Positions 56,109 through 64,000 of a DNA stretch of 64,000 bases are shown here, piece by piece (the stretch's first letter is position 1; each line of letters begins with the position of its first letter). The translations under genes were made by a program, and so were the position numbers. Source of the DNA: a bacterium (GTDB lineage: Bacteria; UBA8248); contig OZ244799.1 in the NCBI GenBank assembly GCA_965219955.1, forward strand, positions 128,001 to 192,000, given 5' to 3'. The notes under the pieces were generated by a model, which saw nothing but the letters and a program-made list of their open reading frames with translations, ran no database searches and was not told the origin of the DNA.

Positions 56109-56360
56109 GCTATTTGCCGCAATCCCGACCAAGGCGCAGAAGCTCGCAGGCCTTCACTCCCGCAACCCTCCAGGCGGCGTTGATCCCGAAGGCCATTTGT
56201 GAAACCTTGGGATATCCTGAGGGATTCATGGATGCTTTGGTTTCAACCCCGGCGAAGGCCGGTCGGTGAGGAGACATGAGAGGCGCCGCGATGCCTGCGG
56301 CGTGAAATCCTTATTCCATTTGCCGCCGGGCAGGCGGCTCCATCTTCGAAAGGAGCGGAC

Positions 56361-56654
56361 ATGGGCGCATACGTGGTCGGACACATCACCGTCAAGGACG
56401 AAGAGGGATTCAACAGCTACGCCGAGCAGGGACTCGCGATAGTCGCCTCCGTCGGGGGCGAGGTGGCGGCGAGCGGACAACTCGTGAAAGTCCTCACCGG
56501 CGAACACGACAGGCAGATGTTCGTCCTCCTCAAGTTCCCCGACCAGGAGGCGGTGGAGAAATGGTATTACTCGGACGGCTACCAGGCCCTCATTCCCGGC
56601 CGCAACGAGGCGGTGGACATCACGTTCATCTCCTATGACGAGCCGGAGGAATAA
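56361..56654 (+). CDS. DUF1330 family protein
   Basis: 97 aa; AYVVGHITVKD...GG...LLKFPDQEAVEKWYYSDGYQ pattern; AAGGAG RBS. Confidence 0.85.
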   Translation: MGAYVVGHITVKDEEGFNSYAEQGLAIVASVGGEVAASGQLVKVLTGEHDRQMFVLLKFPDQEAVEKWYYSDGYQALIPGRNEAVDITFISYDEPEE

Positions 56655-56732
56655 GCGTTTCCCGGGGGAGCGGGCGCGGGCGAACGCGCCCGTCTCCCCG
56701 GGTCGTTCCCTCATCAGGCATGGAGAACGGAA

Positions 56733-57200
56733 ATGGAGATTGAAAAGAGGCTGGAAGAGCTCGGGATCGAGCTTCCGGAAGTCCCGCCCGCCGTGGCGAA
56801 CTACATCCCCGGCGTGGCGGTGGGCGAGGTGCTCTTCCTCGCGGGCACCATCGGCCAGTACAACGGAGAGATCCCGGTCCGGGGCAAGCTCGGCGGCGGG
56901 GTCAGCGTCGAGGAGGGCTATCAATCCGCGCGCCTGTGCGGTCTCAACCACTTCGCCATGGCGAAAGCGTGCCTGGGGGGCGATTTGGACCGCATCGTGC
57001 GGGCCGTGCGCCTCGAAGGCTACGTGAACAGCGCGCCCGGCTTCCAGGAGGCGCCCTGGGTGGTGAACGGGGAGAGCGACCTGCTGGTCGAAGTGCTCCG
57101 CGAGGAGCGCGGAAAGCACGCGCGCGCGGCCCTGAACATCAACGAACTCACCTACGACGCGCCGGTGGAGACCATCCTCACCCTGCAGATTCGTCCCTGA
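56733..57200 (+). CDS. RidA/YjgF family protein
   Basis: IEKRLEELGIELP, ANYIP, GYVNSAPGF, VVNGESDLL and GKHARAA motifs. Confidence 0.88.
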   Translation: MEIEKRLEELGIELPEVPPAVANYIPGVAVGEVLFLAGTIGQYNGEIPVRGKLGGGVSVEEGYQSARLCGLNHFAMAKACLGGDLDRIVRAVRLEGYVNSAPGFQEAPWVVNGESDLLVEVLREERGKHARAALNINELTYDAPVETILTLQIRP

Positions 57201-57247
57201 GCGTCCCATTGATGGAGACCGTTCATGGCCCGGCGGGGTATCCCGGC

Positions 57248-58897
57248 CTAAGCTCCCGTCTCAGGCGACCCCAGTTCCGAGAGACACGTGCTGACGATCA
57301 CGGCGCTCGTCGTGGCTTCCGCCGTGATGACCCTCGTGGCGCCGGCCGCCTTCAGTGAATCCTCGTCTATATCGTAGAGGGCGCGCGCAATGACGGGAAT
57401 GTCGGGAGCCGTCCGGCGAATTGTGCGAACCGCAAGCTCCGTGGCTCGCGTATCGTTTATCGTCACCACCACCAGGCGGGCATTTCTGCAGCCAAGCTCC
57501 TCCAGCACTTCCCTCTGCGTGATGTCTCCATAGACGGCCGGGTCTCCGGCCGCTTTTGCGACGCGGACGTTGTCGACGTTCACGTCGACCGCGATACAAG
57601 AGAACCCCGCAGCGCGAGCGGCCCGGCATACTTCCCGGCCTGCCCGGCCGTATCCGGCGACGATGACGTGGTCGCTGTGCGGTTCATGAGCATCGAACCC
57701 GGGTGGCTCGGCGCCCAGGATCCGGTTCAGCCAGGGGACGCGGTCCGCGCCGAGAGCCAGGTGAGGGCCGAATGCGATTACCATCGGCGTGAACAGCATG
57801 GACAGGATGATCGCGACCAGGAGATTGTGGGACAGCTCGTCACCGAGAAGACCGGTTCCCGAAGCCGCATTCAGGAGTACGAAGGAGAACTCGCCGATCT
57901 GGCACAATGTGGCCGCCGACAGGATAGCCACGCGAAGCGGCAATCGCAGAACCAGTCCCATGACGAGCATGATCGCGAATTTTCCGACGAGGATGAGGCC
58001 GAGAAGCCCGAGAATCGGCGCAAAATGATCGATTACGTCCGAAGCGTCCAGCAGCATGCCCACGGAAACGAAAAACACGCTGGCGAATACCTCTCGCACG
58101 GGAATCAGGTCCGACATCGCCTGGTGACGAAACTCGCTTCCGGCGACGATCAGGCCGGCAAGGAATGCCCCGAGCGCAAGCGAGATTCCCGCCAGCGACA
58201 GGCTCCAGGCGATCCCGAAGCATCCGAGAAAGACGGTCAGGACGAAGAGTTCCCTCTCCCTCGTCTTGGCCACGAACTCGAGCAGATACGGGACGACGCG
58301 GCTGGCTGCAACCAGCACGCCCGTGAGGATAAGAATACCGATGATGGCCGCGACAGCGATTTCCCGTGTGGAACTCTGTTGTCCCGCCAGAATGGGCACC
58401 GCCAGGAGCATGGGAACCACGCACAGGTCCTGGAAGACGAGGATGCCGACCGCCAGACGTCCGTGCGGCGAATCCACTTCCCCCCGCGTAGACAGGCCCC
58501 GCAGAACGACGGCGGTGCTGGAAACGGCGACGACGCAACCCAGGAATACCGCAGGCCCCGTTTCGAGTCCGTACCAGACGGCCAGGGCCGCGGTGCATGC
58601 GACCGTAGCCGCCACCTGAATGCTCCCGCCCAAGAGGATGGCTTTCCAGAGGCGCCGCAGGTGGCCGAGCGAGAGTTCGAGACCGATCCCGAACAGAAGG
58701 AGGACGATGCCAATCTCGGCCAGCACCTCGACCTGGTGGGTGTCTTCCACGAGGCTCAACGCCGTGGGCCCGGTAAGGACGCCCGCGAGGATGAACCCGG
58801 CGATCGACGGAACGCCCACGCGGCGCAGCACCGTAGCGACCACGACCGCCGCCCCGAGTACGATTACAAGGTCCCAGAGATACTCGATTTCAGGCAA
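57248..58897 (-). CDS. CPA2 cation:proton antiporter with TrkA-N domain (Kef-type)
   Basis: Many TM segments; AEIGIVLLLFGIGLE, SSTAVV, ILVFQDL, QIGEFSFV and C-terminal VIVAGYGRAG. Confidence 0.9.
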   Translation of the reverse strand: MPEIEYLWDLVIVLGAAVVVATVLRRVGVPSIAGFILAGVLTGPTALSLVEDTHQVEVLAEIGIVLLLFGIGLELSLGHLRRLWKAILLGGSIQVAATVACTAALAVWYGLETGPAVFLGCVVAVSSTAVVLRGLSTRGEVDSPHGRLAVGILVFQDLCVVPMLLAVPILAGQQSSTREIAVAAIIGILILTGVLVAASRVVPYLLEFVAKTRERELFVLTVFLGCFGIAWSLSLAGISLALGAFLAGLIVAGSEFRHQAMSDLIPVREVFASVFFVSVGMLLDASDVIDHFAPILGLLGLILVGKFAIMLVMGLVLRLPLRVAILSAATLCQIGEFSFVLLNAASGTGLLGDELSHNLLVAIILSMLFTPMVIAFGPHLALGADRVPWLNRILGAEPPGFDAHEPHSDHVIVAGYGRAGREVCRAARAAGFSCIAVDVNVDNVRVAKAAGDPAVYGDITQREVLEELGCRNARLVVVTINDTRATELAVRTIRRTAPDIPVIARALYDIDEDSLKAAGATRVITAEATTSAVIVSTCLSELGSPETGA

Positions 58898-59028
58898 GCG
58901 CTTTTGCCTCCACAGCGCGGGGGCGTGGGCCGAATGTTGAGGCCCAGCTTATCACATCCGCATAGGGCCCGTTCCGCAAGACCGTGAGCGGGTGCGCAAG
59001 GCGGCTCGGGGTCGCGCTGGTGCGCCGC

Positions 59029-59496
59029 TCATTCGCGCAGGAGCGACATGATCTCGGCGCCGAGGGGGAGGTCTTCCACTCCGCCGAACTTCTGCTTCCG
59101 CAAGCGTCCCTCCCGATCGATCAGGATCATGGTCGGGGTGCCTTGCATGGCATAGCGGGTCATCGTCTTCGGTGTACCCGCGCCGTCCGATGGCGCATCG
59201 ATGCCCACCGGGAACGCGATCCTGTATTCATGGAGGAATGCGGCCAGCGCCTCTCGGGTACCCTGCGCGGCATGGTGCTCGAACACCGTATGCAAACCGA
59301 TTACGGCGACTTCGCCGGGGCTGAATGTCTGCCGCACGCGCATCGCTTGCGGCAAGGCGTGGGAGACGCATCCCGGGCAAAGCATCTGGAAGGCTTCAAT
59401 CAGCACGACCTGGCCGCGCAACGCTTCAAGCGTGACGGGGTTGTCGGTGTTGAGCCAGTCGGTGGTTTGCAATTCGGGCGCGATTTCGGGATTCAT
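59029..59496 (-). CDS. Redoxin / peroxiredoxin-like thioredoxin-fold protein
   Basis: AFQMLCPGC, GLHTVFEHH and MQGTPT...IDREG motifs. Confidence 0.85.
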   Translation of the reverse strand: MNPEIAPELQTTDWLNTDNPVTLEALRGQVVLIEAFQMLCPGCVSHALPQAMRVRQTFSPGEVAVIGLHTVFEHHAAQGTREALAAFLHEYRIAFPVGIDAPSDGAGTPKTMTRYAMQGTPTMILIDREGRLRKQKFGGVEDLPLGAEIMSLLRE

Positions 59497-59549
59497 CCGC
59501 TCTCTCCTCCTGCTTTTGCGGTGGCCCGCCTGTCCCGGCTATCTCCCTG

Positions 59550-59837
59550 TCACGCCGCCCCGAGCTTCTCGACCTTGATTTCGTCGACCCGGGCGCGCGC
59601 CCGCCAGAGATCGTAAGCCATCTGCAGGCCGAGCCAGGTCTCCGGCGTCGAGCCGAACGCCCTGGAAAGCCGGATCGCCATCTCGACGGAGACCCCGGTG
59701 CGCTCGTTGAGCAGTTCCGACAAGGTCTGGCGCGCGACACCGAGGCCCGCAGCGGCCTTCGTTACGGACAACCCGAGCGGTTCGAGACATTGCCGTCTCA
59801 CGATCCCGCCCGGATGCGGAGGATTTTTCATTGTCAT
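59550..59837 (-). CDS. higA: HigA family antitoxin
   Basis: PPHPG, HTH, MAIRLSRAFG and WLGLQMAYDL motifs. Confidence 0.92.
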   Translation of the reverse strand: MTMKNPPHPGGIVRRQCLEPLGLSVTKAAAGLGVARQTLSELLNERTGVSVEMAIRLSRAFGSTPETWLGLQMAYDLWRARARVDEIKVEKLGAA

Positions 59838-59849
59838 CGTTTATCCTCA

Positions 59850-60128
59850 TCAATGGTAGTCGAGGTAATCCACGTCGACTACGTCCCCTTCTTCGAACCG
59901 AAAGGTCACCCGCCAGTTCCCCGAAACCGTCACGGCGTAATGGCCCCTCAGTTCACCCTTTAGTGGATGGAGCCGGAAACCGGGAATATTGACGTCCTTC
60001 GGTCGCCGACTCCTGTCGAGAACGGCTAGGATATCTCTCAGTTTCTCAACATGCCCCGGCGCCACCCGCCGCGCCGTTCGGCCATCGTAGAGTGCTTTCA
60101 GGCCCCGATGTTTGAAAGACGCGATCAT
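59850..60128 (-). CDS. higB: HigB (RelE-like) toxin
   Basis: MIASFKHRGLK, PGFRLHPLKG, VSGNWRVTFRF and DYH; toxin-first gene order. Confidence 0.92.
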   Translation of the reverse strand: MIASFKHRGLKALYDGRTARRVAPGHVEKLRDILAVLDRSRRPKDVNIPGFRLHPLKGELRGHYAVTVSGNWRVTFRFEEGDVVDVDYLDYH

Positions 60129-60134
60129 TCTCGA

Positions 60135-60170
60135 ATGCTAGTATGTCAGGTGTCATCTGTCAACTGACAG
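60135..60170 (-). promoter_or_regulatory. higBA promoter with overlapping operator repeats
   Basis: Minus strand TTGACA-N17-TAGCAT; palindrome CTGTCA-AC-TGACAG (60157-60170) overlaps the -35 box. Confidence 0.75.
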
Positions 60171-60301
60171 GCTGGTAACGATAACGCCGCAAGACGGCTC
60201 AGGGACTCCTGATAGAGATCACCTCGCGCGCGCCGTCGATTTTCGTCTTGCATGGGCCGCTCATCGTGTGGTATTTTCGTGTTTTATTCGTCAGGTGACC
60301 C

Positions 60302-61540
60302 ATGCGACAGCCAACCAGACCGAAGCGGCTCTATATCGATTTCGACGGCTTCTTCGCGTCCTGCGAGGAACAGGCGGACCCCGGCCTGCACGGCCGTCCC
60401 GTCGGCGTCATACCGTTTGCGGGGGCGCGCAACAGCTGCGTGATCGCCGCGAACGCCGCGGCCAAGCGGTTCGGCGTCACGACCGGGACCGGGATCGACG
60501 AGGCCCGCCGGTTGTGCCCCCGGATAACGCTCGCGCCGCAGCGCCCGGACCTGTACGTCCGGACCCACCACCGGGTCGTGGCGGCGGTGCTCTCCGTGCT
60601 TCCGGTCGACGTCGTCTGCTCGATAGACGAACTGGCCGCCGTTCTGGGGGAGCGGGACCGCCCCGAAGAGGTCGCCGGAAGGATCAAGCGCCGCATACGG
60701 AGGGCCGTAGGCGAGCGCATCACCTGCTCCATCGGCTGCGCGCCCAACAGGTGGCTCGCCAAGATCGCCGCCGACCTGGACAAGCCCGACGGCCTGACGG
60801 TGCTGCTTCCGTGCGATCTGCCGGGTCCTCTGCTCGACCTCGGACTGGATGCGCTGCCCGGGGTCGGCAAGCGCATGCGCGCTCGCTTGAAGCGGAGCGG
60901 GATGGCGACGGTCGAGGACATCTGGAACAGCGAGCCCGGACGGCTGAGTTCGGTCTGGGGCAGCGTGAACGGCGCGCGCTTCTGGTACGCGCTGCACGGC
61001 TACGCCGTGGAGCCGCCGGTGACGAAGCGCGGCTCGATCGGCCACGGCCGGGTCCTGCCGCCGGGGGAGCGCAGCGTGCAGCTCGCCCGGCCGATGGCGA
61101 GACAACTGGTGGTGAAGGCGGCCCGGCGCCTGCGGCGGGAGGGGTTCCTCGCCCGGAGGCTCAACCTCTCGGCCGAGTGTCTCGACGCGCCCGCCTGGAC
61201 GGCCTCGGCGCCCGTCGCGAGAGCGAACGACGATCTGACCTGCCTGGACGCCCTCTCGGGGCTGTGGGCCGCACTCGCCGGGGCGCGGGGCCGGGCCGCG
61301 CTGTTCCGGATCGCCGTCTCGTTCGACAGGTTCATCCCCTCGGATGAAGCGCAGCTCGAACTGTCTCTCGGCGAACCGGACGACAGGGGGCGGCTGGCGA
61401 GGCTTGCCGCCGCCGTCGATTCGATCAACGGCCGCTATGCGCGCACCCTCGTCGGTTACGGCGGGTGCGCCCCTCCGGGCGGCTACGCGGGGGCGAAGAT
61501 TGCCTACGGCCGCATTCCCCGGCTGGAGGATTTCCAGTAA
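60302..61540 (+). CDS. Y-family DNA polymerase (ImpB/MucB/DinB-like)
   Basis: YIDFDGFFASCE, CSIDE, AKIAADLDKPDG and LPGVG motifs. Confidence 0.9.
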   Translation: MRQPTRPKRLYIDFDGFFASCEEQADPGLHGRPVGVIPFAGARNSCVIAANAAAKRFGVTTGTGIDEARRLCPRITLAPQRPDLYVRTHHRVVAAVLSVLPVDVVCSIDELAAVLGERDRPEEVAGRIKRRIRRAVGERITCSIGCAPNRWLAKIAADLDKPDGLTVLLPCDLPGPLLDLGLDALPGVGKRMRARLKRSGMATVEDIWNSEPGRLSSVWGSVNGARFWYALHGYAVEPPVTKRGSIGHGRVLPPGERSVQLARPMARQLVVKAARRLRREGFLARRLNLSAECLDAPAWTASAPVARANDDLTCLDALSGLWAALAGARGRAALFRIAVSFDRFIPSDEAQLELSLGEPDDRGRLARLAAAVDSINGRYARTLVGYGGCAPPGGYAGAKIAYGRIPRLEDFQ

Positions 61541-61791
61541 TGGCGCTCCTTCTGGGCGATTACGCCGGGGGAGACTGGTATTTCATCGTGGTGTGCAAGG
61601 CCTGCGGCCGGGAGAAGATACTGGAGCCTGCCGAACTCCTGGCCCGGCCCGAGACGGAAAAAGTGCACCGTGGAATGCGCGTGGAAGATTTGGAGCCCCT
61701 CCTGCGCTGCCGGGAATGCGGCCGCAGGGAGGCGCATATCGAACCGGTCGCCAGGACCAGAAGGCAGGGTTTCGTCGGTGGAATGATCTGA
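61540..61791 (+). CDS. Small zinc-ribbon-like protein
   Basis: ATG overlaps the polymerase stop (TAATG); 83 aa with CKAC and CREC. Confidence 0.7.
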   Translation: MALLLGDYAGGDWYFIVVCKACGREKILEPAELLARPETEKVHRGMRVEDLEPLLRCRECGRREAHIEPVARTRRQGFVGGMI

Positions 61792-62222
61792 CGGCGAGGC
61801 GCTTTTCGAGGATGCCGGGCGGCTCAGGCGGGCAGCGCGGCGGCCACGCTGATCTCGAACGCCTCGCCGCCGGGACTGCTGTTCCCGCTGGGTTCGATCC
61901 GGATCATCCATGCCCGGGTTACGCGCCAATCCGTGCCGGAATGTTTTCCGGCGACAGTCGTACCAGGCCTGGTCATCCCCCTGCGTCTGGAGAACTTCGC
62001 CATGATGCGGCATAATAAGGGCATCAGGATCGAGGAAAGCCGGAGTCCTGGCCGCTGCTGTACCCGGAGCGCGTCCTGGAGGCACTTCCGTGAACTCCAT
62101 GTTGAAGCCTGCGCCGATGATGATCCCCTTCGCGTGGATTCCCACGCTTCTGCCGGCCGCCTACGTCCCGGAGGCGCCGCTCGCGCCGCCCCGGCCGGCG
62201 CTCACGCCTTGAGGGCCGACGC

Positions 62223-63413
62223 ATGACCCATGAGTTTCTCGACGACCTCGCCGGCCGGATAGAGACGCTCAAGGCCGACGGTCTGTTCAAACAAGAGCAG
62301 GTCATCTCCTCGCCGCAGCAGGGCGAGGTCACCCTCGAGACGGGCGCGGCCTGCATCAACCTGTGCGCCAACAACTACCTGGGCCTCTCCAACCACCCCC
62401 GGCTCGTCGAGGCGGCGAGGGCCGCGCTCTCCCGCTACGGTTTCGGAATGTCGTCGGTGCGGTTCATCTGCGGCACCCAGGTTCCCCACAAGCAGCTGGA
62501 GGATCGCCTGAGCGCGTTCCTGGGAACAGAGGACACGATCCTCTTCCCGAGTTGTTTCGACGCCAACGCAGGGCTGTTCGAGAGCCTCCTGGGCGAGGAG
62601 GACGCGATCATATCCGATGCGCTGAACCACGCGTCGATTATCGACGGCGTGCGGCTTTGCCGCGCGAAGCGCTTGCGTTACGCGAACAACGACATGAAGG
62701 ACCTGGAAGCCAGGCTGCGGGAAGCGGCGGGCGCGCGCTACCGCCTGATCGCCACGGACGGGGTTTTTTCGATGGACGGCTATATGGCCGATTTGCCGGC
62801 CATCTGCGACCTGGCGGAAAGACACGACGCCCTCGTGATGGTCGACGACAGCCATGCCGTGGGCTTCGTCGGCGCCACCGGGCGGGGCACGCCCGAGCGC
62901 TTCGGCGTCGCAGGGCGGGTCGACATCCTGACGGGGACCCTCGGCAAGGCGCTGGGAGGCGCTGCCGGCGGCTACGTCTCGGCCCGCCGCGTCGTCGTGG
63001 AATGGCTGCGCCAGAGCGCGCGCCCCTACATCTTCTCCAACACGCCGGCCCCCGTCATCGCCCAGACCGGCCTGGCGGCGCTGGACCTTCTCGCAGGCTC
63101 GGCGGAACTGCGGGACCGCCTCTGGCGCAACGCGAAGCGCTTCCGCGCCGAAATGACCGCCCTGGGGTTCGAACTATTGGCCGGGGAACATCCCATCATT
63201 CCCCTGATGCTGCGCGACCCGAAGCTGGCGCAGAACTTCGCCGCCGGACTTCGCGAGAAGGGCGTACTGGTCACCGCGTTTTCGTTCCCCGTCGTCCCGC
63301 GCGGGGGAGACCGGATCCGCACGCAGATGTCGGCGGCCCACGAAATGGAGGAGCTCGACCGCGCCATCGGCGCCTTCGCCGAGGTGGGCCGCGACCTGGG
63401 AGTCATCACGTAG
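62223..63413 (+). CDS. kbl: Glycine C-acetyltransferase (2-amino-3-ketobutyrate CoA ligase)
   Basis: NLCANNYLGL, SVRFICGTQ, SCFDAN, DDSH, TLGKALGG and RIRTQMSA motifs. Confidence 0.95.
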   Translation: MTHEFLDDLAGRIETLKADGLFKQEQVISSPQQGEVTLETGAACINLCANNYLGLSNHPRLVEAARAALSRYGFGMSSVRFICGTQVPHKQLEDRLSAFLGTEDTILFPSCFDANAGLFESLLGEEDAIISDALNHASIIDGVRLCRAKRLRYANNDMKDLEARLREAAGARYRLIATDGVFSMDGYMADLPAICDLAERHDALVMVDDSHAVGFVGATGRGTPERFGVAGRVDILTGTLGKALGGAAGGYVSARRVVVEWLRQSARPYIFSNTPAPVIAQTGLAALDLLAGSAELRDRLWRNAKRFRAEMTALGFELLAGEHPIIPLMLRDPKLAQNFAAGLREKGVLVTAFSFPVVPRGGDRIRTQMSAAHEMEELDRAIGAFAEVGRDLGVIT

Positions 63414-63429
63414 CGCACGGGAGTTGAGC

Positions 63430-64000
63430 ATGTTCAACCTTGAAGGACAGACGGCCATCGTCACCGGCGGCGCCAGCGGCATCGGACTCGCCACCGCGCA
63501 TGCGCTGGCGGACGTGGGCGCAGCCGTCGTCATCGCCGACCTGAACGAGGAGGCGGGCGCGGGGGCGGCGGAAGAACTCAAGGCGCGGGGTGCTGCGGCG
63601 CTGTTCGTCAGAACCGACGTGGCCGAGGCCAGAGACGTCGAAGCGCTCGTCCAGGCGGTGACGGACCGGTTCGGCTCGCTGGAAATCCTGATGCATTTCG
63701 CAGGCGTCGGTGTGGAGATAGGCGCCCTGGAAACCACCCTTGAGGACTGGAACCGCATCATCTCCGTCAACCTCACGGGAAGTTTCCTGATGATGCAGGC
63801 CGCAGGCGCCGTCATGGTGGAGGCGGGATACGGCCGGATCGTGTCGATGTCCTCGGTGGCGGCGTTGCTTGGAGGGACGGCGCGCGCGGCCTATGGAGCG
63901 TCCAAGGGCGGCGTCGCGGCATTGACGCGGGTGTTGGCTCTGGAGTGGGCGGAGTCCGGCGTGACGGTCAACACCCTGGCGCCGGGACCCATCGAAACCC
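63430..64000 (+). CDS. SDR family oxidoreductase (truncated at the window end)
   Basis: Not in the ORF track. Translation from ATG 63430 gives MFNLEGQTAIVTGGASGIG...AYGASKGG...VNTLAPGPIET. Confidence 0.88.
   Translation, partial: MFNLEGQTAIVTGGASGIGLATAHALADVGAAVVIADLNEEAGAGAAEELKARGAAALFVRTDVAEARDVEALVQAVTDRFGSLEILMHFAGVGVEIGALETTLEDWNRIISVNLTGSFLMMQAAGAVMVEAGYGRIVSMSSVAALLGGTARAAYGASKGGVAALTRVLALEWAESGVTVNTLAPGPIET

Noticed and set aside
56336-56356. GGCTCCATCTTCGAAAGGAG resembling the final stem of a Moco riboswitch
   Set aside because: Upstream riboswitch elements are not recognisable and the downstream genes are unrelated to molybdenum; probably just an RBS hairpin.
61800-62220. Possible gene or pseudogene between the zinc-ribbon ORF and kbl
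   Set aside because: Several short overlapping ORFs, none with a recognisable motif or clear RBS; cannot be supported.

Overview
GC-rich bacterial chromosome segment, mostly housekeeping genes: recN (partial), nadK, dtd, glgA-glgC, an hrcA-dnaJ-prmA-rsmE-purD run with a CIRCE operator, a sensor kinase/sigma54 regulator pair, tmk-holB-ricT-metG-tatD, an Lhr helicase and kbl. Four accessory features stand out. (1) A ~9.7 kb type II FAS/PKS-like operon (5697-15390) has an unusually long ACP resembling the anammox 'amxACP' type, two apparently active ketosynthases, two ketosynthase-like proteins lacking the catalytic Cys, two FabZ-like dehydratases, two reductases, its own AcpS and a terminal LpxL-family acyltransferase. 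(2) An AT-rich predicted HEPN gene lies next to a CBASS CapE-like patatin, with no cyclase in the window. (3) A family of short non-autonomous elements bounded by ...TGTTGAAA/TTTCAACA... inverted ends carries mixed REP-like hairpin cassettes and, in one copy, a passenger gene. (4) An intact-looking IS1182-family element, and a higBA module divergent from a Y-family polymerase plus zinc-ribbon pair. No rRNA, tRNA or CRISPR array was recognised. All family assignments come from motif recognition by eye and from memory; no database search was run.
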